Shown one piece after another: positions 1 through 9,420 of a stretch of 64,000 nt of DNA. Location: assembly GCA_030537895.1 (NCBI GenBank), contig JAUNVA010000002.1, forward strand, positions 69,949 to 133,948, in the 5' to 3' direction. The translations under genes and the position numbers were made by a program. The notes under the pieces were generated by a model. It worked only from the letters and a program-made list of their open reading frames with translations. It had not been told where the DNA came from and made no database searches. This DNA comes from Bowdeniella nasicola. Its GTDB lineage: Bacteria; Actinomycetota; Actinomycetes; Actinomycetales; Actinomycetaceae. Within the stretch, counting starts at the first letter, position 1; every line of letters begins with the position of its first letter.

Positions 1-205
1 GGTTGTCACGGCCATCCCCGGAGGTGTGACCCAGCTTCATCTTGCCTTCAACAATGAGGTAGAGGCGATCGCCTTCTTCCCCCTCGTTAAATAGCTTCTC
101 CCCGCGCCTCAATGTCACTTCGGACATCATCGAGCGCAGTTCATCTTGATCCTGCGCATTCAGTGCGGAGAAAAGCGGCACGGATGTCATCATGTTCTCG
201 TCCAT
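1..205 (-). CDS. crp: Crp/Fnr-family (cAMP receptor protein-like) transcriptional regulator, N-terminal 68 codons; gene continues past the left edge
   Basis: Reverse translation from ATG at 205 gives MDENMMTSVPLFSALNAQDQDELRSMMSEVTLRRGEKLFNEGEEGDRLYLIVEGKMKLGHTSGDGRDN, a typical cNMP-binding beta-roll start (EG..GDRLY.I..GK.K). Absent from the ORF track because it has no stop in the window. Divergent from nth as in related actinobacteria. Confidence 0.8.
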   Translation of the reverse strand, partial: MDENMMTSVPLFSALNAQDQDELRSMMSEVTLRRGEKLFNEGEEGDRLYLIVEGKMKLGHTSGDGRDN

Positions 206-255
206 TAAGCTCCAACTCTCCGGTGTGGTAGTTCTTGTCACATTGTGCCACGTCA

Positions 256-271
256 TGTGAAATCCGGCACC
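256..271. promoter_or_regulatory. Candidate CRP/GlxR-type operator (TGTGA-N6-GCACC) in the crp-nth divergent intergenic region
   Basis: TGTGAAATCCGGCACC keeps the GTG-N8-CAC core of the TGTGA-N6-TCACA consensus. The right half-site is only 3/5. Confidence 0.25.
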
Positions 272-322
272 CTGCGACCGTCGGCGATCCGTCGGTATTC
301 GACGATGTTCTAGCGTGGGGCC

Positions 323-979
323 ATGAGCGGAACACCGCGACTGAAACCGGGAAGTGCAGCGCATGCGATTGCGGTCGACGATGCCCTCGCTCGCGCCTAC
401 CCCGATGCACGATGTGCCCTCACCTGGGCCACCCCCTTCGAACTGCTCGTCGCCACCGTGCTCTCCGCCCAGACGACGGACGAACGTGTCAACCGCGTAA
501 CCCCCGACCTGTTCGCCTCCTACCCGGATCCGGCCGCTCTTGCGGGTGCTCCGCGCGAGCATGTCGAGGCGCTGTTGCGACCGCTCGGGTTTTTCCGCGC
601 GAAGACCCGCTCCCTGCTCGGGCTCGCCCAGGTGCTGCTCGCCGATCACGACGGCGAGGTACCCGCCAGCCTCGACGCGCTCGTGCGCCTGCCCGGCGTG
701 GGACGCAAGACCGCAAACGTGGTCCTCGGCAACGCCTACGGCATCCCCGGGATCACAGTCGACACGCATGTGGGGCGCCTCGCCGGTCGCCTCGGTATGA
801 GTGCGGCGCACATCCCCGTCGCCATCGAACGTGACCTCGCCGAGCTCTGGCCGCGGGAGCGATGGACGATGGCGTGTCACCGCATGATTTTTCACGGTCG
901 ACGCTGTTGCACTGCGCGCCGGCCGCAGTGCGATGCCTGCCCGGTCGCGGATCTCTGTCCGCGGATCGGTGTCGAGTGA
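323..979 (+). CDS. nth: Endonuclease III (DNA glycosylase/AP lyase)
   Basis: 218 aa with the HhH-GPD region (LPGVGRKTANVVL...VDTHV) and the C-terminal 4Fe-4S ligand pattern C-X6-C-X2-C-X5-C (CTARRPQCDACPVADLC). Confidence 0.93.
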   Translation: MSGTPRLKPGSAAHAIAVDDALARAYPDARCALTWATPFELLVATVLSAQTTDERVNRVTPDLFASYPDPAALAGAPREHVEALLRPLGFFRAKTRSLLGLAQVLLADHDGEVPASLDALVRLPGVGRKTANVVLGNAYGIPGITVDTHVGRLAGRLGMSAAHIPVAIERDLAELWPRERWTMACHRMIFHGRRCCTARRPQCDACPVADLCPRIGVE

Positions 980-992
980 CGGAGTGCCGACC

Positions 993-1874
993 CTAGGAGC
1001 CGAACGCGCCGTGCACGGCACCCGCGATCGCCTCGGTGACGAGGGCGGGGTCCTCTTCGGGGAGGAAGTGCCCGGCCTGGCTGATGAGCGCCGAGGTATC
1101 GAACAGCGTCGGATCCCACAGACCGTCGGACCGCCCGCGCACCTCTGTCACGGGAACCGCGTAGGCGGCACGTTCGAGGGCGGCTAAGAAACCACGGCCT
1201 GTCGGGCGGTGGCGTGAACGTACGAGCCAGCGAATCTGTTCCATCGCGCAATGTGCGGCGAAGGGGGAACGCAGCGCACGTGCGTACGTCTCGAGGGCGC
1301 TCACCGCCGGAGATTCCGGACTGGCAAGTGAGGTGACGAACCGCGCCACGGCACTGCCGCGCGTGTGGGAGCGCTCCGGCAGGTAGGGCAGCTGCACCCA
1401 CGTGAGCCAGCGGGTGGCCGACAGGTGCCCGAGCGGCAGCGACCAGCGCGCCGGGTGAGGACTCGAGACGGCGACGACGTGGCGCACCCGCCCGGGATCC
1501 TTCGCGGCTGCGCCGCGTGCCACCACGCCCCCAAGCCCGTGTCCCACCAGGATCGCCTCTGAGGCGCCAAGCGAGCTCACGATGCCGAGGATATCGGCCG
1601 ATAGTACCGGCGTAGCAAACTGACGCGGCGGCTTATCCGAGGCACCGTAGCCGCGCAGGTCAACGGCGTAGACGGGGTAGCCGAGCTCAGCGGCGGCCGG
1701 CAAAACCGAGCGCCAGGCGTACCAGTGCTGCGGGTAGGAGTGCAGGAGCAACACGATCCGGTCGGCCCGCTCGAGATCGCCGCAGCCGACGACGTGGAAG
1801 CGGGCGCCGTGGGCATCGACGGAGCGATGTTCCCACGGTCCGGTCGCAAAGAGGGGGTCGAATGAGGTGAGCAC
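993..1874 (-). CDS. Alpha/beta-hydrolase fold protein, epoxide-hydrolase-like (EphE-like), nucleophile position substituted
   Basis: 293 aa with an HSYPQHW oxyanion-type motif. The nucleophile elbow reads G-H-G-L-G-G instead of G-H-(D/S)-x-G-G. Confidence 0.75.
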   Translation of the reverse strand: MLTSFDPLFATGPWEHRSVDAHGARFHVVGCGDLERADRIVLLLHSYPQHWYAWRSVLPAAAELGYPVYAVDLRGYGASDKPPRQFATPVLSADILGIVSSLGASEAILVGHGLGGVVARGAAAKDPGRVRHVVAVSSPHPARWSLPLGHLSATRWLTWVQLPYLPERSHTRGSAVARFVTSLASPESPAVSALETYARALRSPFAAHCAMEQIRWLVRSRHRPTGRGFLAALERAAYAVPVTEVRGRSDGLWDPTLFDTSALISQAGHFLPEEDPALVTEAIAGAVHGAFGS

Positions 1875-1923
1875 GCCTCGACGCTACCCCAGGGGCCGCT
1901 CCCGGCTGGAGCGCCGCGCGCAG

Positions 1924-3861
1924 CTAGCTGCCGAGTCCCTTGGAGATGAGGTCCATCACCGAGGAATCAGCAAGCGTTGTCACGTCGCCCACCTCGCGGT
2001 GCTCGGCGACGTCGCGCAGCAGACGCCGCATGATCTTGCCCGAGCGGGTCTTGGGAAGTTCGGGGACGATGAGGATGTCGCGCGGCTTCGCAATCGGTCC
2101 GATTTCCGACCGCACGTGTTCGCGCAGCGCGGCCACGAGATCGCCCCCCTCGCCCTCTTCATCAGCCTGCTCGACGTAGGCCTCTCGCAGGATGACGAAG
2201 GCGACGACGGCCTGGCCCGTCGTGTCGTCGCTGGCACCCACCACAGCGGCCTCCGCGACGGCGTCGTGCGCCACGAGAGCCGACTCGATCTCCGCGGTTG
2301 AGAGGCGATGGCCCGACACGTTCATGACGTCATCGACGCGCCCGAGCAGCCAGATGTCGCCGTCCTCATCGAACCGCGCGCCGTCACCGGCGAAATACAG
2401 GCCATCGAATCGGGACCAGTAGGTTTCGGCGAAACGCTCGGGGTCACCCCAAATGCCTCGCAACATTGACGGCCACGGTGTCGCGACGACCAGAAGGCCC
2501 GGCGTCTCGTCCTCGATCGGATCACCGAGCGTGTCAACGATCCGCACGTCGACGCCGGGCAGTGGCTGCTGGGCGGAACCGGGTTTGAGGGTTGTGAGGC
2601 CCGGGAGCGGAGAGATCATGATCGCTCCCGTCTCGGTCTGCCACCACGTGTCGACGATCGGGCATCGCTCACCGCCGATCTCCCGGTAATACCACAACCA
2701 GGCCTCGGGGTTAATGGGCTCGCCGACAGTGCCGAGCACGCGCAGGCTCGTGAGGTCGTATTCGCGGGGGAACTGCGGCCCCCACTTCATGCAGGTGCGG
2801 ATCGCGGTCGGGGCCGTGTAGAGAATCGTCACCCCGTACTTCTCGACGATCTCCCACCAACGGCCCTTGTGTGGTGTGGCGGGAGTGCCCTCATAGAGTA
2901 CCTGCGTGACGCCGTTTACCAGCGGCCCGTAGGTGACGTAAGTGTGGCCCGTGATCCAGCCGACGTCGGCCGTGCACCAGTAGACGTCGCTCTCCGGGTG
3001 CACGTCAAACACGTTCAGGTGTGTAAACGCCGCCTGCGTGAGATAGCCGCCCGTCGTGTGGACGACCCCCTTCGGCTTCCCGGTCGTCCCCGACGTGTAA
3101 AGGATGAACAGTGGATGTTCCGCTTCGACGACGACGGCGTCGTGTGAGGTGGACTGAGCCGGCACGATGTCGTGCCACCAGATGTCGCGCCCCTCCTGAA
3201 AGGCGACGTCCATACCCGTGCGCCGGTGCACGAGGACCCGAACATCTTCGATGTCGGCATCTGCGAGAGCGGCATCGACGGCGGACTTCAACGGGAGGGT
3301 CTTGCCGCCCCGATACTGGCCGTCGGAGGTGATGACGAGACGCGCACCGGCGTCCTCGATCCGGGAACGCAGTGCATCGGCGGAGAATCCTCCAAAGACC
3401 ACGGAGTGCGGCGCGCCGATGCGCGCGCATGCGAGCATCGAGACCACGGCGGGTACGCCCATCGGAAGGTAGATCGCGACGCGATCTCCCGTCTGAACGC
3501 CCAGTTCAACGAGCGCGTTTGCGACCTGGCAGACGAGATCCTTCAACTGTGCGTAGGTGTAGGACTCGGCCTCGCCCGATTCGGGCTCGAAGTGCAGAGC
3601 AATGCGTTCCCCGTGGCCGGAATCGACGTGCCGATCGACGGCGTTCACGCAGGCATTCAGGGTGCCGTCGGCAAACCACCGGGCGACGGGTGCATCCGAC
3701 CAGTCGAGGACCTCCGTGAAGTCCTTCTCCCACGTGAGGAGGCGACGGGCCTGATCGGCCCAGAATCCCTCGTAGTCGGAGCGGGCGGCATCAAAGAGTG
3801 CGGGTGAGGCAACGGCTGTTTCTTGGAAAGCTGCGCTCGGGCTGAACGTGGTTGTGGACAT
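1924..3861 (-). CDS. acs: Acetyl-CoA synthetase (AMP-forming)
   Basis: 645 aa carrying YTSGTTGKPKG (AMP-binding signature), TGD...DVMNVSGHR and a C-terminal PKTRSGKIMRR. Confidence 0.95.
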   Translation of the reverse strand: MSTTTFSPSAAFQETAVASPALFDAARSDYEGFWADQARRLLTWEKDFTEVLDWSDAPVARWFADGTLNACVNAVDRHVDSGHGERIALHFEPESGEAESYTYAQLKDLVCQVANALVELGVQTGDRVAIYLPMGVPAVVSMLACARIGAPHSVVFGGFSADALRSRIEDAGARLVITSDGQYRGGKTLPLKSAVDAALADADIEDVRVLVHRRTGMDVAFQEGRDIWWHDIVPAQSTSHDAVVVEAEHPLFILYTSGTTGKPKGVVHTTGGYLTQAAFTHLNVFDVHPESDVYWCTADVGWITGHTYVTYGPLVNGVTQVLYEGTPATPHKGRWWEIVEKYGVTILYTAPTAIRTCMKWGPQFPREYDLTSLRVLGTVGEPINPEAWLWYYREIGGERCPIVDTWWQTETGAIMISPLPGLTTLKPGSAQQPLPGVDVRIVDTLGDPIEDETPGLLVVATPWPSMLRGIWGDPERFAETYWSRFDGLYFAGDGARFDEDGDIWLLGRVDDVMNVSGHRLSTAEIESALVAHDAVAEAAVVGASDDTTGQAVVAFVILREAYVEQADEEGEGGDLVAALREHVRSEIGPIAKPRDILIVPELPKTRSGKIMRRLLRDVAEHREVGDVTTLADSSVMDLISKGLGS

Positions 3862-4004
3862 GTGTTACTCCCATATGTGAGCTGACTAACGTGCTCTGGG
3901 TCACTAGTGTGCGGGTCGGTGCGGGGCCGTGTCTAGCACAACGGGCCGAATGTCCCACCGCGTGGAACATCCGGCCCGTAGGTCAGGGGGAGGGCGGCGC
4001 GTCT

Positions 4005-5375
4005 CTAGCGCGCACCCCCGCGCCGCTCGAAGGCGGCCTGCAGGCGCTCCTCGCGGCGACCACGACGGCGCGCCGAGTGGGAGATCATCGCCCCGAAGAT
4101 GAGGGCCAGGCCGACCACAGCGAGGCGTCCCGTCGAGCCGTCCCACACGAGGTGATGGGCCGTATTTTCGGCCATTGTGTGCAGGTCAGCGAACCTGGCT
4201 AGCGGGTCCTCCAAGAGGTTTTGCGCATAGCTCGGCGCCACGATGAAGAAGGCGCCTGCCACGGTGACGATGACACCGGTGATCCAGCCCCCCACCGAGG
4301 AGGCCCGCAAGATGAGGGCGATGAGGAACGCGACGACGAGCCCGCCGACGAATTCGCCAATCGCGGCCAGGTTCACGACGCCGGTATCCCACGGCGCGTT
4401 ATTCGCCAGCGTGAAGCGGGCAGCCGCGTCCGACAGGAGGTACCAGGCGATCGGGGTGAGCAGCAGCACCCCGAAGATCGAACCCACGTGAGCCCAGGCG
4501 CGCGACCGCGGCGGCTCGAGTTCCTCACCGGCAAGGATGTCGTCGTAGGAGTCCTCGGTGTGCGGGTCGATGACGACGGGGTCTTCCGAGACGGAGCCCG
4601 TCCCGGCCGCAGTGGCGCCGCTGGCAGCGCTCGTTGCGAAGGTCGCCGTCTCGTGGGTGGCCGTGGCCTCGTCTTCCGTGTTCCACAGGCTCGTACGGCG
4701 CACCGCGGTGGACTCCACATCCTCCGCGTCGCCCTCGTCGGCGGGTGCGGGCTGATGGGTGAGCGGGGAGTCCTGTGCCGCCTCGGCAGGTTCGGGAACG
4801 TTCCACGTCGCGTCGGCCTCGGCTGCGGGTCGTGCCGGGTGTGGCTCCTGCTCGGGCTGGGCGGCCCGAGGCTGATCGTCCAGTGCGGTGGGACCGTCGA
4901 CCTCCGCGGGATTCTGCTCGTGGGAGCGGGCGGACGCCTCCCAGGCGGCGGCGTCGGCTCGTTCAGAACGCTCGGGTGCGAACGACGGCGGCTGGGCGGC
5001 TTCAGGGGTGCTCTGATCCTTGGCGGCACCCGCGTCGGCAGCGGCGCTGTCTCCGGCCGCATCGCTCGTCTCACGCGGCGGGCTCCAGAGGTTGGTCCGT
5101 TCGCGGGTGGGTGCCGCCTCAAAGGCCTGCGGGCTCGCCTGTGCGGGCGGGACCGGTAGCGGCGAGGCGTCCTCGTCCTCGACCGGCATCTGGCCGAACA
5201 CGTCCTCATCTACTTCCGCTTGCCGCGCGCTCGCGCCCGAGTCGTAGCCACTGTCCGGGGCGCGGAACTCCGGCATGGGCTCCTCAGCGCGCGGGGTGGT
5301 GTAGGGGGAGGAAGTCTCATGCCCCTCATTGCCACCCTGGCGTGGCGCGTCGTCGTGCTCGCGGTTCTCGCTCAT
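4005..5375 (-). CDS. Hypothetical membrane protein with a long acidic/proline-rich N-terminal region and about 4 C-terminal TM helices
   Basis: Start set at ATG 5375 (MSENREHDD...), preceded by GGAGGA 5 nt upstream. The longer track ORF (to 5933) has no coding-like N-terminus. The C-terminus has hydrophobic segments (IFGVLLLTPIAWYLL, VGGLVVAFLIALIL, GVIVTVAGAFFIV, LAVVGLALIFGAMI). Confidence 0.6.
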   Translation of the reverse strand: MSENREHDDAPRQGGNEGHETSSPYTTPRAEEPMPEFRAPDSGYDSGASARQAEVDEDVFGQMPVEDEDASPLPVPPAQASPQAFEAAPTRERTNLWSPPRETSDAAGDSAAADAGAAKDQSTPEAAQPPSFAPERSERADAAAWEASARSHEQNPAEVDGPTALDDQPRAAQPEQEPHPARPAAEADATWNVPEPAEAAQDSPLTHQPAPADEGDAEDVESTAVRRTSLWNTEDEATATHETATFATSAASGATAAGTGSVSEDPVVIDPHTEDSYDDILAGEELEPPRSRAWAHVGSIFGVLLLTPIAWYLLSDAAARFTLANNAPWDTGVVNLAAIGEFVGGLVVAFLIALILRASSVGGWITGVIVTVAGAFFIVAPSYAQNLLEDPLARFADLHTMAENTAHHLVWDGSTGRLAVVGLALIFGAMISHSARRRGRREERLQAAFERRGGAR

Positions 5376-5477
5376 CGATTCCTCCCGATAGTTCGCGTCA
5401 TTTAACGCTAACCGGCGGGGCCAGCCTTGGCGCGTTGGCGCGCCGCACGGGCGGGAAACTGAGGCCTGCGTGACACG

Positions 5478-6320
5478 GTGAGGGACGTGTGGCACCGTGC
5501 AGACATGACCGGATCCCTGCGCCGCGCGCTCGACGCGCTCGATGCCGCCCCCGAGGTGCGCTCCCTGAGTGATGAGATCGCGGAGACCTCGGCGGCGTTG
5601 CGTTGGCACCAGTGCCTGCGCCGGCGCACGCGCGAGGCGCGCCATGCGGCAGCCCTCTGGAGCGCGACCTCTCTCGCGGATGCTGCGGGCCTTCCCGGTG
5701 GCGAGGACCTGGCCCATCGGGTGGTCTCGGCAAGCGCCGGCGACGACGCCCGCTGGGCCACCTGGCGCGTGCAGTTCCGATCCCTCGATTACCTCGGCAC
5801 CCTCGGCGGTGTCCCCGACCACACCCCGCCGGGTCAGGTGGCCGCCGCCCTTGCCCGCGATGGGGGACACCACGACGTCGTCGCCCCCGCCGCTCCGGGC
5901 GTCGCGCGGCAGGTGGCGGCGTCGCTGCCGCATGCCTCAGGCCTCATGGCGGCCGAGGGCCCCACCCTCGTACGCGCGGCACTCAGTTGGGCGCACGCCG
6001 TAGCGGCCGTGCGGGAGAGCTGGGATACCAGCCCGCTGCACCGCGCGCCGCCGGCGGCCCTCGGGGCTGCGCTCGCGCGGGTGACGCTGGTGCGCTCGGG
6101 ACTGGAACCCACGGGTGTGGCCGTGCTCGATGATCCCGCTGCGAGCGCCGAAGGGGCTGCCGCGCTCGCGGGGTATCTCAGCGCCGACTGGGACGCGTCC
6201 CTCGCGTGGTGCGTCGCCGTCGGACAGATGGTTCGCGACGGGCTTGTCGCAGGAAGAGTGGTGTGTGACGAGGTGGTGGCGGGGCGGCGCGGCGTAGCCA
6301 CCACCACAGGCCCGCACTGA
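5478..6320 (+). CDS. Hypothetical protein (conserved-looking, Ala-rich); start uncertain (GTG 5478 or ATG 5505)
   Basis: Consistently high third-position GC through most of the frame. No recognisable catalytic motif. The 3' end overlaps the convergent HAD gene. Confidence 0.5.
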   Translation: MRDVWHRADMTGSLRRALDALDAAPEVRSLSDEIAETSAALRWHQCLRRRTREARHAAALWSATSLADAAGLPGGEDLAHRVVSASAGDDARWATWRVQFRSLDYLGTLGGVPDHTPPGQVAAALARDGGHHDVVAPAAPGVARQVAASLPHASGLMAAEGPTLVRAALSWAHAVAAVRESWDTSPLHRAPPAALGAALARVTLVRSGLEPTGVAVLDDPAASAEGAAALAGYLSADWDASLAWCVAVGQMVRDGLVAGRVVCDEVVAGRRGVATTTGPH

Positions 6321-7050
6321 GCGCGACCGCGGCGGCAATCCCCACGAACGGGAGCGCCGCCTGAGGCTTGAGCGGTACCGGGTTGACGAATCGGGCAATT
6401 GTCCAGCCGTGCTCCTGCGCGTGAGTCGCGAGGGGCTTGTCTGGGTTGACGGCGACGGGATGACCGACGGCCTGCAGCATCGGGAGATCCGTGACCGAAT
6501 CCGAGTACGCCCAGCATTCGGAGAGGTCCCAGCCGCGTTCGGTGGCCAGTGCACGCATCGCGACGGCCTTTTCCGGCCCGTAGGTGTAGTGCGAGATCAC
6601 GCCCGTGTAGCGCCCCTCGAGGGTTTCGAGAGTGGAGGCGATGACGTGGTCGGCGCCGAGCATGGCCGCGATCGGCCGGACGATTGCTTCCACCGAGGCG
6701 GAGACGATCACGACGTCGTGCCCCGCGGCGTGATGAGCCGAGATCGCATCGAGTGCCTCGCCGTAGACTTCCGGCTCGATATGGGCCGCAAGGGATTCGT
6801 CGACGATTTCACTAAAGCGGGAGGCCTCCCATCCCTCAATCAGCGAGGACAGGCGCGCGCGGACTCTCTCGGAGCGGTCGTGGTCAGCGTCGAGGAAGTG
6901 GTAGGTGAGCTGGGCGTGGGCGGAGCGCGCCACGTCGGTGCGCGAGATAAGCCCCGCGTCGAGCAGAGGGCGGAAGAGCGCGAGCGTGGCGGACTTAGCC
7001 AAGATGGTCTTATCCAAGTCGAAGAACGCCGCGGCGCTGCCACTACCCAT
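6178..7050 (-). CDS. HAD-IB family hydrolase (SerB-like phosphatase) with C-terminal TM helix
   Basis: N-terminal motif I FFDLDKT. Later motifs VVIVSAS and YSDSVTDLPML. The tail PFVGIAAAVALSAGLWWWL is hydrophobic. Position next to the Ssd/Tad locus matches the Rv3661 slot in mycobacteria. Confidence 0.8.
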   Translation of the reverse strand: MGSGSAAAFFDLDKTILAKSATLALFRPLLDAGLISRTDVARSAHAQLTYHFLDADHDRSERVRARLSSLIEGWEASRFSEIVDESLAAHIEPEVYGEALDAISAHHAAGHDVVIVSASVEAIVRPIAAMLGADHVIASTLETLEGRYTGVISHYTYGPEKAVAMRALATERGWDLSECWAYSDSVTDLPMLQAVGHPVAVNPDKPLATHAQEHGWTIARFVNPVPLKPQAALPFVGIAAAVALSAGLWWWLRRAAPPPPRHTPLFLRQARREPSVRRRRTTRGTRPSRR

Positions 7051-7314
7051 GCCCCCAGACTAGCGACAGGTACCGGGGGCGTGCGATCCGTGCGCCACGG
7101 TGCGCGTGAGGACGGCGTCGGATAGACCGTACTGCCGTATGCGTGCCTCCCGGGATTGAGTAGTGTGCCGAGCCGCGTGCGGGCGGCCCACGGAGGCATG
7201 TCACTGCCGGTTTGCTACCCGCGTCGGGCGACACGGCTGTGGATAATCGACCTCGTCCCCAGGGCACGGTGCCGCAGCGGCCACGCCACACCGCGAGAGG
7301 CCACGCTGGAGGGC

Positions 7315-8289
7315 ATGAGCGCTTCGCCCCTCACCATCCGGACCGTCGTCGTGCGGATCGCCGATCCAACGCTGCGCACCGCGGTGCGCGAGCTCGCCGA
7401 ATTGGCTGGCGCGCACGTGCCCGCACACCCCTGGGACGTTGATCCCGCGGACCCCAACTGCCTGACTGTGTTCGGCGACCCGCCCGCGGCCGGGGCGCTC
7501 GCCGAGGTGGGGGCGTTTGCCCACGAGCGGGCACTCGTCGTCTCGGCCGAACGGGCGGACGGACCGCCCCCACCGGGAGGGCTGCGGCGCTTCGTCCTGC
7601 CCGCCGACGCCGAGGCACTCCTGGAGCGTTTTGGCCGGAGCGCCCAGCACGCCGCCGTCGTCAACCTCGCCGGCCTGCACGGCGGGGCGGGGACCACGTG
7701 GCTGGCCGCCACGCTCGCACGCTACGCGTCCGAGCAGAGCCTGCGTGTCACGCTGATCGAAGCCGGGCCCCATCCAGAACTCGGTGAGCTCGTTGCGGAC
7801 TCGCCAGCCGAAGACGTGTGGGAACGGATCGGCGAGGCCGAGGATCTCGTCCCGCTGCGCCTGGTGCGAGCCCTACCCGCCTGGGGCTCGGTGCGCCTCA
7901 TCACCGGGCGGCCCTCATCCCTGGAGGTGGTCGAACGGACCGTAGCCGCGGCCCGCCAGGCGTGCGACGTCGTCGTTGTCGAGGGCCTGCCCGTCGACCA
8001 CGCTCTCACCGCGGACGTCAGCCTCGCGATCGGCGTTGCCGGTTGGCGCACCGCGCGCGCCTGGCTGAACCTGCCTGCCATCGACGGTCGCCAGCTCATC
8101 GTGCGCACCCCCGGTGACCTGCCGGTCGTCGAAACACTCGAGCTTTGCGGGGCACCGGCGGCGCACACGTGGCGCTCCGAGCGCGGCGTCGCGCGCGACC
8201 GGCGCCATGGCGGGCTTCCGGGGGATCGACGCAGCACGGGCACATGGCGCCTCGTCCGGAGCCTGTGGAACGAATGGACGCTCTGGTGA
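7315..8289 (+). CDS. Ssd-like septum-site-determining / CpaE-like ParA-MinD family ATPase of the Tad locus
   Basis: Start at ATG 7315 (MSASPLTIRTVVV), preceded by GGAGGG. Deviant P-loop GLHGGAGTTWLAATLA. The stop overlaps the tadA start by 16 nt. Confidence 0.7.
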   Translation: MSASPLTIRTVVVRIADPTLRTAVRELAELAGAHVPAHPWDVDPADPNCLTVFGDPPAAGALAEVGAFAHERALVVSAERADGPPPPGGLRRFVLPADAEALLERFGRSAQHAAVVNLAGLHGGAGTTWLAATLARYASEQSLRVTLIEAGPHPELGELVADSPAEDVWERIGEAEDLVPLRLVRALPAWGSVRLITGRPSSLEVVERTVAAARQACDVVVVEGLPVDHALTADVSLAIGVAGWRTARAWLNLPAIDGRQLIVRTPGDLPVVETLELCGAPAAHTWRSERGVARDRRHGGLPGDRRSTGTWRLVRSLWNEWTLW

Positions 8290-9413
8290 GCCCCCTCGAT
8301 GATCACCCGCGGGGGGCCTCGCGCGCCCACCTGGCCGCGAGCCATCGTGAGGCAAACGCACGGCGTGCGGGTCTTACCGGCGCGCTGCTCGATCTTCTCG
8401 AAGATCCCGCCGTCACGGACGTGCTCGTGAACCCCGACGGCGCCGTGTGGGTCGAGCGCAGTGGCACACTCGCCCGCACGTCCCTCACCGTGCGGGATAC
8501 GCGCGCCCTCGCCGTCCGCCTGGCCGCGAGCGCCGGCCGCAGGCTCGACGACGCCGCCCCTCTCGTCGACGGCACAATCCTTGGGTCCGTGCGCCTGCAC
8601 GCGCTCCTTCCTCCGCTCAGCGGACCGGGGGCCGTGATCTGCCTGCGCACCACCCACCAGCGTTCCCTCACCCTGGAAGCCCTCGTGGCGGGCGGTGCCC
8701 TGCACCCCGCGGCAGCCGTGCGTGTGCGGACGCTCCTGGCGCGGGGCGCTAACGTCGTCGTCTCGGGTGCGACGGGAACGGGCAAGACCACGCTCCTGTC
8801 GGCGTGCCTGGGGGAGGTGGGCACGCATGAGCGTCTCCTCATCATCGAGGAAGCCCACGAGCTCGACCCATCGCACCCGCACGTCGTCCGCCTCCAGGCA
8901 CGCGGCGCCAACGCTGAGGGTGCGGGTGAGGTGTCGATGAGCGAACTCGTGCGCGCCGCGCTGCGGATGCGGCCCGATCGGCTCGTTCTCGGCGAGGCGC
9001 GCGGCGCCGAAATTCGCGAGGTTCTCGCGGCCCTGAACACCGGTCATGCGGGATGTTGGTTCACCCTGCACGCCAACACTCCCGACGACGTGCCCGCCCG
9101 TCTTCACGCCCTCGGCGCGCTCGCGGGTCTCACCGATGCGGCCCTTCGCGCCCAGGTGGTGGCCGCGATCCACGCCGTCGTCCACCTACGCCGACGTGGA
9201 TCGCGCCGCTACCTCGCGGACATCGGGGTCGTGAGTGCGCCCGACGGCCCGATCGTTGTCACTCCGGCCCTGTCGGTCGCGGCCGATGGTCGCCTCCTGC
9301 GCGAAGACGACGACGCCTTCGCGCGGCTCCTGCACCGCATCGACCCGGGGGTGTCCGGGGATGGCGGCGCAGCCACCGTGCATGGCGCCTCCGGCGGGCG
9401 GCACGCCGGTTAG
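8274..9413 (+). CDS. tadA: TadA/CpaF-type secretion ATPase (type II/IV secretion NTPase family)
   Basis: Walker A VSGATGTGKTT, Walker B-like ERLLIIEEAHEL, His-box/Asp-box region (GEARGAEIREVLAALNTGHAGCWFTLHAN). Confidence 0.88.
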   Translation: MDALVSPLDDHPRGASRAHLAASHREANARRAGLTGALLDLLEDPAVTDVLVNPDGAVWVERSGTLARTSLTVRDTRALAVRLAASAGRRLDDAAPLVDGTILGSVRLHALLPPLSGPGAVICLRTTHQRSLTLEALVAGGALHPAAAVRVRTLLARGANVVVSGATGTGKTTLLSACLGEVGTHERLLIIEEAHELDPSHPHVVRLQARGANAEGAGEVSMSELVRAALRMRPDRLVLGEARGAEIREVLAALNTGHAGCWFTLHANTPDDVPARLHALGALAGLTDAALRAQVVAAIHAVVHLRRRGSRRYLADIGVVSAPDGPIVVTPALSVAADGRLLREDDDAFARLLHRIDPGVSGDGGAATVHGASGGRHAG

Positions 9414-9420
9414 GGCTCAC

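Noticed and set aside
7051-7314. Expected slot for the 6C/B11 small RNA, the intergenic region between the HAD hydrolase and the ssd-like gene (its location in M. tuberculosis).
   Set aside because: I tried to fold both strands around the C-runs (gcctccc at about 7146, gtcccca at about 7254) and the G-runs. I could not obtain two convincing hairpins with C-rich loops. Left as something for a covariance-model search only.
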